Assembly (NCBI GenBank): GCA_034660595.1
Contig: JAYEJO010000011.1
Coordinates: forward strand, 3,071-53,541
From: Candidatus Caldatribacteriota bacterium
GTDB taxonomy: Bacteria > Atribacterota > Phoenicimicrobiia > Phoenicimicrobiales > Phoenicimicrobiaceae
DNA: 50,471 nucleotides
Direction of reading: 5' to 3'
The notes under the pieces are model-generated. The model was not told where the DNA came from. It did no database searches and was given only the letters and a program-made list of their open reading frames with translations. The position numbers and the translations under genes are program-made. Positions within the stretch are counted from its first letter, which is position 1. Every line of letters begins with the position of its first letter. Below, one piece after another: positions 45,393 through 50,471 of the stretch.

Positions 45393-47425
45393 TGGAATAT
45401 AAAAATGTACTTACAGTATGTCCATATTGCGGTTGCGGGTGTAATTTTTATCTGCAGGTTTTTGATGGAGAGTTGATTGGTATCCTTCCTTGTAAATCCC
45501 ATGTAGTTAGTCAGGGAAAGCTTTGTATCAAAGGTTGGAATGCGACTGATTTTGTAGTTAGTAAAGACCGGTTAACTAAGCCATTAATAAAAAAAGATGG
45601 AAAATTTGTCGAAATATCATGGGATGAGGCTTTAAATATAATTTCCGAAAAATTTAGAAAGTATAGTTCTGATGCTATTGCTGTTCTTTCATCTGCGAAA
45701 TGTACCAATGAAGAGAACTATTTAATGATGAAATTTGCTCGAGCGGTACTTAAGACAAATAGTGTTGATCACTGTGCTCGATTATGTCATGCCTCCACCG
45801 TTGTGGGTTTAGGAAAAACTTTTGGTAGTGGTGCAATGACAAACTCTATAGGAGAGCTCGAAGATGCAGATTGTATTTTTGTTATCGGCTCAAATACAAC
45901 AGAACAGCATCCACTTATAGCACGATATTTAATGAGAGCAAGAGAGAAGGGGGCAAAAATTATAGTTGCCGATCCCCGGCTTATTCCTTTAACTCAATTT
46001 TCCGATTATCATCTCAGACAAAGACCGGGAACAGATGTTGCTCTGCTTAATGGATTTATGAATGTAATTTTAAATAAAGGTTTAGAGGATAAAGAGTTTA
46101 TTGATAAGCGCACCGAAGGATTCAAAGAATTAAAAGAAATAGTTAAAAAATATAATCCGGAAGATGTAGAAAAAATAACCGGCATACCTAAAGAACTTAT
46201 TATTGAAGCAGCCAGAATATATGCAAAGGCTAAATCTGCCTCTATTGTATATTCGATGGGTATAACACAGCATACAACAGGTGTAGATAATGTTGTTTCT
46301 TGTGCAAATCTTGCCATGTTAACCGGCAATGTTGGCAAACCAAGTACAGGTGTTAATCCTTTAAGAGGGCAGTCGAATGTTCAGGGTGCATGTGATATGG
46401 GTGCTTTACCTAATGTCTACTCCGGATATCAAAAGGTATCTGATGAAAATGCCCGTACAAAATTTGAAAAAGCTTGGAATACAGAACTTCCTTCAAAGAC
46501 AGGATTGACTATTATAGAAATGTTAAATGAGGCTGCAAAGGGGAAGCTTAAAGCAATGTATATTATGGGTGAGAATCCCATGCTTTCAGATCCGGATATC
46601 AATCATGTTAAAAAAGCATTAGAGAATCTTGAATTTCTTGTTGTCCAGGATATGTTTCTTACCGAAACGGCTCAATTGGCTGATATTATACTTCCGGCTG
46701 CCTCTTATGCAGAAAAAGATGGTACATTAACTGCTACGGACCGTAGGGTTCAAAGAATAAGAAAAGCAATTGAGCCTATCGGCGAAAGCAAATCTGATTG
46801 GCAGATAATCTGTAAATTAGCAGGAAAGATGGGATCTCAAGAATTTAAATATTCTTCACCTGCTGAAATTATGGATGAAATAGCCTCTGTAACTCCCATC
46901 TATGGAGGTGTAGTATTTGAGCGAATTGAAGATATTGGATTGCAGTGGCCCTGCCCATCCAAAGAACATCCGGGGACGCCTTATCTACATAAAGGAAAAT
47001 TTAGTCGGGACAAGGGAAAATTTTTTGCAATAGAATTCAAGGAACCTGCAGAGCTTCCCGATGCTGATTATCCGTTTATATTGACTACAGGGAGAACTAT
47101 CTTTCATTACCATACGGGAACAATGACCAGAAAGACGGAAGCGCTAAACAGAGAGGTTCCCACAGGGTATATAGAAATTAATTCCAAGGATGCAGAAAAA
47201 TTAAATATTACCGAGGGAGAAAAAGTTTTTGTGAAAAGTCGTAGGGGAAAGATTGAGGTGAAAGTGTTGAAAACCGGAAAAGTTCCCGAGGGGGTAGTTT
47301 TTATTCCTTTCCATTTTACAGAAAGCCCTGCTAATATGCTGACTAATTCAGCTTTTGATCCTGTAGCGAAAATTCCGGAATTAAAGGTATGTGCAGTAAA
47401 GGTAGAAAAAAGAAAAAATATATAA
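45392..47425 (+). CDS. fdhA: formate dehydrogenase catalytic subunit (molybdo/tungstopterin), cysteine type, cytoplasmic
   Basis: N-terminal [4Fe-4S] motif CPYCGCGCNF...GKLCIKGW. Active-site context VDHCARLCHAST with TGT at 45785-45787 where FdhH has Sec. No twin-arginine signal. 677 aa. Confidence 0.9.
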   Translation: MEYKNVLTVCPYCGCGCNFYLQVFDGELIGILPCKSHVVSQGKLCIKGWNATDFVVSKDRLTKPLIKKDGKFVEISWDEALNIISEKFRKYSSDAIAVLSSAKCTNEENYLMMKFARAVLKTNSVDHCARLCHASTVVGLGKTFGSGAMTNSIGELEDADCIFVIGSNTTEQHPLIARYLMRAREKGAKIIVADPRLIPLTQFSDYHLRQRPGTDVALLNGFMNVILNKGLEDKEFIDKRTEGFKELKEIVKKYNPEDVEKITGIPKELIIEAARIYAKAKSASIVYSMGITQHTTGVDNVVSCANLAMLTGNVGKPSTGVNPLRGQSNVQGACDMGALPNVYSGYQKVSDENARTKFEKAWNTELPSKTGLTIIEMLNEAAKGKLKAMYIMGENPMLSDPDINHVKKALENLEFLVVQDMFLTETAQLADIILPAASYAEKDGTLTATDRRVQRIRKAIEPIGESKSDWQIICKLAGKMGSQEFKYSSPAEIMDEIASVTPIYGGVVFERIEDIGLQWPCPSKEHPGTPYLHKGKFSRDKGKFFAIEFKEPAELPDADYPFILTTGRTIFHYHTGTMTRKTEALNREVPTGYIEINSKDAEKLNITEGEKVFVKSRRGKIEVKVLKTGKVPEGVVFIPFHFTESPANMLTNSAFDPVAKIPELKVCAVKVEKRKNI

Positions 47426-47548
47426 CTAAAATAAAGAGAACACAAAGAGAAAATTACAAAAAATAACACTTGATATAACCTAATGTATTGTTAATAAAGA
47501 ATTATTTTTGGAAGAATAAATTAAGCAGTAGAAAAGGATTGTTTTATT

Positions 47549-48217
47549 ATGATAATAGCTAAAAGAAAACCAATAAAAGATATTTTGAAAATGATTGATA
47601 GAGATAAAAAGATATTATTGGTAGGATGTGGTACTTGCGTAACAGTTTGTTCAGCAGGTGGCGAAAAAGAAGTTGGTATTTTATCAAAGTTAATAAAAAT
47701 AGCTTTTCGTAAAGAAGGTAAATCTATACAAATTATTGAAAGAACTATTAAAAGACAGTGTGAAAAAGAATTTGTTGAAGAAATCCGAGAGGAAATTATT
47801 TCTTGCGATGCTGTTCTTTCTATGGGGTGTGGAATAGGAGTACAGACAATTGCTGATATGTTTGAAGATATTCCGATATACCCTGCACTGGATACAAGTT
47901 TTGATGGGATGCCTGAAGAGCAAGGAGTCTGGGTTGAATTATGTTCTTGTTGTGGTAATTGTATTTTAGATAAAACCGGCGGTATTTGCCCGATAACGAG
48001 ATGTGCCAAATCACTATTAAACGGACCTTGCGGCGGCTCTCAAGAAGGAATATGTGAAGTAGATAAAGATACGCCTTGTGCCTGGCAATTAATCTATGAC
48101 CGTTTAAAAAAACAGGGCAAATTAGATTCTTTAACAGAAATTGAACCTATTCGCGATTGGTCAGCAAGTAAAAGTGGCGGAGTAAGAAAGATTATAAGGG
48201 AGGATATAAAACTTTGA
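47549..48217 (+). CDS. metV: MetV (MTHFR C-terminal-domain Fe-S/zinc protein)
   Basis: LVGCGTCVTVCSAGG and CPITRCAKSLLNGPCGG motifs. TTGA-coupled to metF. Confidence 0.8.
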   Translation: MIIAKRKPIKDILKMIDRDKKILLVGCGTCVTVCSAGGEKEVGILSKLIKIAFRKEGKSIQIIERTIKRQCEKEFVEEIREEIISCDAVLSMGCGIGVQTIADMFEDIPIYPALDTSFDGMPEEQGVWVELCSCCGNCILDKTGGICPITRCAKSLLNGPCGGSQEGICEVDKDTPCAWQLIYDRLKKQGKLDSLTEIEPIRDWSASKSGGVRKIIREDIKL

Positions 48218-49131
48218 AAGCAGAAACAAATTTAGAAAAATTATTCAATCAAGACGAATTTGTAGTAACTGCTGAACTGGGACCTCCTAAGAGTGTAAGT
48301 ATTGAATTAATTGAAAAGAAAGCAAATTTTCTTCGTGATTGCGTAGATGCAGTAAATATTACAGATAATCAAACCGCAGTCATACGAATGTCAAGTCTGG
48401 CTACTTCTGTAATTGCAAAAAAAAACGGATTAGAGCCAATTTTGCAAATGACCTGTCGAGATAGAAATCGTATCGCCCTTCAAAGTGATATTATAGGAAG
48501 TGCTGCTTTAGGAATAAATAATGTTTTATGTTTATCTGGTGACCATCAAACTTTAGGGAATCATCCCGGAGCAAAGAATGTATTTGATATCGATTCTATT
48601 CAGTTAGTTTCCGTGCTTAAACATATGAGGGATGAAGCCATTTTTCAAAACAATGAAAAAATTAAATATCCTCCTAAGTTATTCATAGGTGCAGCGGCAA
48701 ATCCATTTGCCGATCCTTTTGAATATAGGGCCATTCGTTTGGCCAAAAAGATAAAAGCCGGAGCAGATTTCATTCAAACCCAAGCAATATTTGATGTGGA
48801 AAGATTTAGCAGATGGATGGAGGATGTCAGGAGAAGAGGATTACACAAGAAAGTTTATATTATGGCAGGAGTTACCCCCTTTAAATCATATAGAGCAGCT
48901 TGTTTTATGACTAACGTAGCCGGAGTAACAATACCAGAGGAAATTTTGGAAAGGATGAAAAATGCAAAAGACCAAAAAGCTGAAGGGATAGAGATATGCT
49001 TGGAGATTATTAAAAAAATAAGAAAGATAAAAGGAGTTCGGGGTCTTCATATTATGGCAGTAATGTGGGAAGATATTGTTTCTTTAATAGTTAAAGAAAG
49101 CGGATTATATCCTCGGCCAAAAATAATGTAA
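48214..49131 (+). CDS. metF: methylenetetrahydrofolate reductase
   Basis: TIM-barrel MTHFR motifs (VTAELGPPK, VNITDNQ, LCLSGDH, FIGAAANP, IQTQAIFD). TTG start overlaps the metV stop. Confidence 0.85.
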   Translation: MKAETNLEKLFNQDEFVVTAELGPPKSVSIELIEKKANFLRDCVDAVNITDNQTAVIRMSSLATSVIAKKNGLEPILQMTCRDRNRIALQSDIIGSAALGINNVLCLSGDHQTLGNHPGAKNVFDIDSIQLVSVLKHMRDEAIFQNNEKIKYPPKLFIGAAANPFADPFEYRAIRLAKKIKAGADFIQTQAIFDVERFSRWMEDVRRRGLHKKVYIMAGVTPFKSYRAACFMTNVAGVTIPEEILERMKNAKDQKAEGIEICLEIIKKIRKIKGVRGLHIMAVMWEDIVSLIVKESGLYPRPKIM

Positions 49132-49158
49132 TTAATTTTAAAAAAAAGGAGATTAGAG

Positions 49159-49971
49159 ATGATAATTATTGGAGAAAAACTAAATTCAGCAAGGAAAAAA
49201 GTAAGAGAGATGATTGAGAATAGAGATGTAGAATATATCCAGGATTTAGCTAAAAAGCAAGTAGAAGGCGGCGCTGATATTTTAGATGTAAATTCTTCTG
49301 CTGCAAGTGGCAATAAAGAAGAAAATATGGAATGGTTGGTAAAAACAGTGCAAGAGGTGGTAGATATCCCTTTATGCATTGATAGTCCTAATGCAGAAGA
49401 GATTGAAAAAGGCTTGGAAGTTCATAATTGGGACAAAGGCAAAGCTTTAATTAATTCGATTACCGGTGAGAAAGAAAAAATTGATAGATTATTACCTACA
49501 ATAGTAAAATATAAATGTGCGGTAGTAGCACTTGTTATGGATGAACGAGGTATTCCTGATAATTCCAAAGCCCGGGTTGAGATTGCCGAAAAATTAATAG
49601 AAGTATTAACTGATGCCGGAGTTCCTTTAAAAGACATATTTATTGATCCGTTAGTAGTGCCTATCGGAACTAATGATAAAAATGGCTTGATAACGATGGA
49701 AACTATAAGAAGCGTTAAGGAAGCTCATCCCGAAGTTAAAATAGTCACGGGTTTAAGTAATATATCTTTTGGTCTTCCGGAGAGAAAGCTAATTAATCAA
49801 GTCTTTATGATTTTGACTATGGGCTGTGGTATGGATGCAGCAATTATTGATTCTACAGATAAAAGAATGATGGCTATTATTAAGACTGCTACTACTCTTC
49901 TAGGAGAGGATAATTTTTGTAGTAAATATATCCAAGCCTATAGAGAAGGAAAATTAACTTTCGAAAAATAA
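49159..49971 (+). CDS. methyl-THF:corrinoid methyltransferase (pterin-binding, MtgA/AcsE-like)
   Basis: IIGEKLNSARK, LDVNSS, LCIDS, FIDPLV and GLSNISFGLP pterin-binding barrel motifs. AGGAG ribosome-binding site. Confidence 0.8.
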   Translation: MIIIGEKLNSARKKVREMIENRDVEYIQDLAKKQVEGGADILDVNSSAASGNKEENMEWLVKTVQEVVDIPLCIDSPNAEEIEKGLEVHNWDKGKALINSITGEKEKIDRLLPTIVKYKCAVVALVMDERGIPDNSKARVEIAEKLIEVLTDAGVPLKDIFIDPLVVPIGTNDKNGLITMETIRSVKEAHPEVKIVTGLSNISFGLPERKLINQVFMILTMGCGMDAAIIDSTDKRMMAIIKTATTLLGEDNFCSKYIQAYREGKLTFEK

Positions 49972-50023
49972 GTTAAAAAGAAGTGTATTACAATAAAAAA
50001 ATAAACATTTAGGAGGAAGTAAA

Positions 50024-50471
50024 ATGAAATCAGATCTACAGATTGCCCAGGAAGCTAAGTTAAAGCCGATTACTGAAATTGCAGAATCTATCGGAATAAA
50101 AGAAGATGAATTAGACCTCTACGGTAAATATAAAGCCAAAGTTTCACCTGATATCTTAAAGAGACTCAAAGACAAACCTCAGGGTAAATATATAGTGGTA
50201 ACTGCCGTTACCCCTACCCCACTGGGTGAAGGTAAAACAGTAACCTCCATCGGGTTAGGCCAGGGTCTGGCTAAAATAGGTAAGAAAGTAGTTAACACCT
50301 TACGAGAACCCTCGATGGGTCCGGTCTTCGGCATTAAAGGAGGGGCAGCCGGGGGAGGATATGCCCAGGTAGTCCCCATGGAAGACTTAAACCTTCACTT
50401 TACCGGAGATATCCATGCCGTAGGAGCAGCCAATAACCTGCTCTGTGCCATGTTAGATACTCACCTGCAGA
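50024..50471 (+). CDS. fhs: formate-tetrahydrofolate ligase, 5' part (runs off the window end)
   Basis: Not in the ORF track because there is no stop. ATG 7 nt after AGGAGGAAG. Translation [16 protein letters not shown]...[16 protein letters not shown]...[22 protein letters not shown] is classic Fhs. Confidence 0.9.
   Translation, partial: MKSDLQIAQEAKLKPITEIAESIGIKEDELDLYGKYKAKVSPDILKRLKDKPQGKYIVVTAVTPTPLGEGKTVTSIGLGQGLAKIGKKVVNTLREPSMGPVFGIKGGAAGGGYAQVVPMEDLNLHFTGDIHAVGAANNLLCAMLDTHLQ

Noticed and set aside
47521-48009. 162-aa ORF on the minus strand
   Set aside because: It is antisense to metV, which has conserved Cys motifs and coupling to metF. It is a shadow ORF.
50179-50379. 66-aa minus-strand ORF
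   Set aside because: It is antisense to the highly conserved fhs core and arises from the locally elevated GC content.

Overview
This is an AT-rich window (about one-third GC by eye) that is densely coding and uses strong AGGAGG-type ribosome-binding sites. It looks like the chromosome of an anaerobic, probably uncultivated bacterium. All calls rest on motif recognition in the supplied translations; no database search was possible.

The window has two halves.

(1) 1-22.2 kb is housekeeping and accessory. It holds radC, a Nudix hydrolase, cupins, HAD hydrolases, lepB, radical-SAM enzymes, a nitroreductase, Nif3, a U32 peptidase, a family-4 UDG and PolX. A lexA + type II restriction-modification islet sits between two copies of a 17-bp direct repeat. 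The intergenic spaces carry several families of short GC-rich hairpins and GATAC-type tandem repeats.

(2) 22.3-50.5 kb is a repeat-free metabolic supercluster:
- a PocR/AraC regulator
- two non-pyrrolysine MttB-family methyltransferases
- an OpuC-type betaine/choline ABC importer with two binding proteins
- a tungsten-type aldehyde:ferredoxin oxidoreductase and an Fe-alcohol dehydrogenase
- a C-N hydrolase
- a corrinoid protein
- two tandem HdrA/MvhD modules, one split and one fused, with an HdrC-like gene between them
- a Cys-type formate dehydrogenase
- MetV/MetF, a methyl-THF:corrinoid methyltransferase and the 5' part of fhs

The most interesting hypothesis is an HdrB-less Fdh-HdrA-MvhD-MetVF electron-bifurcating unit dedicated to oxidising methyl groups from quaternary amines. 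It may be fed by a ferredoxin-linked choline -> betaine branch.
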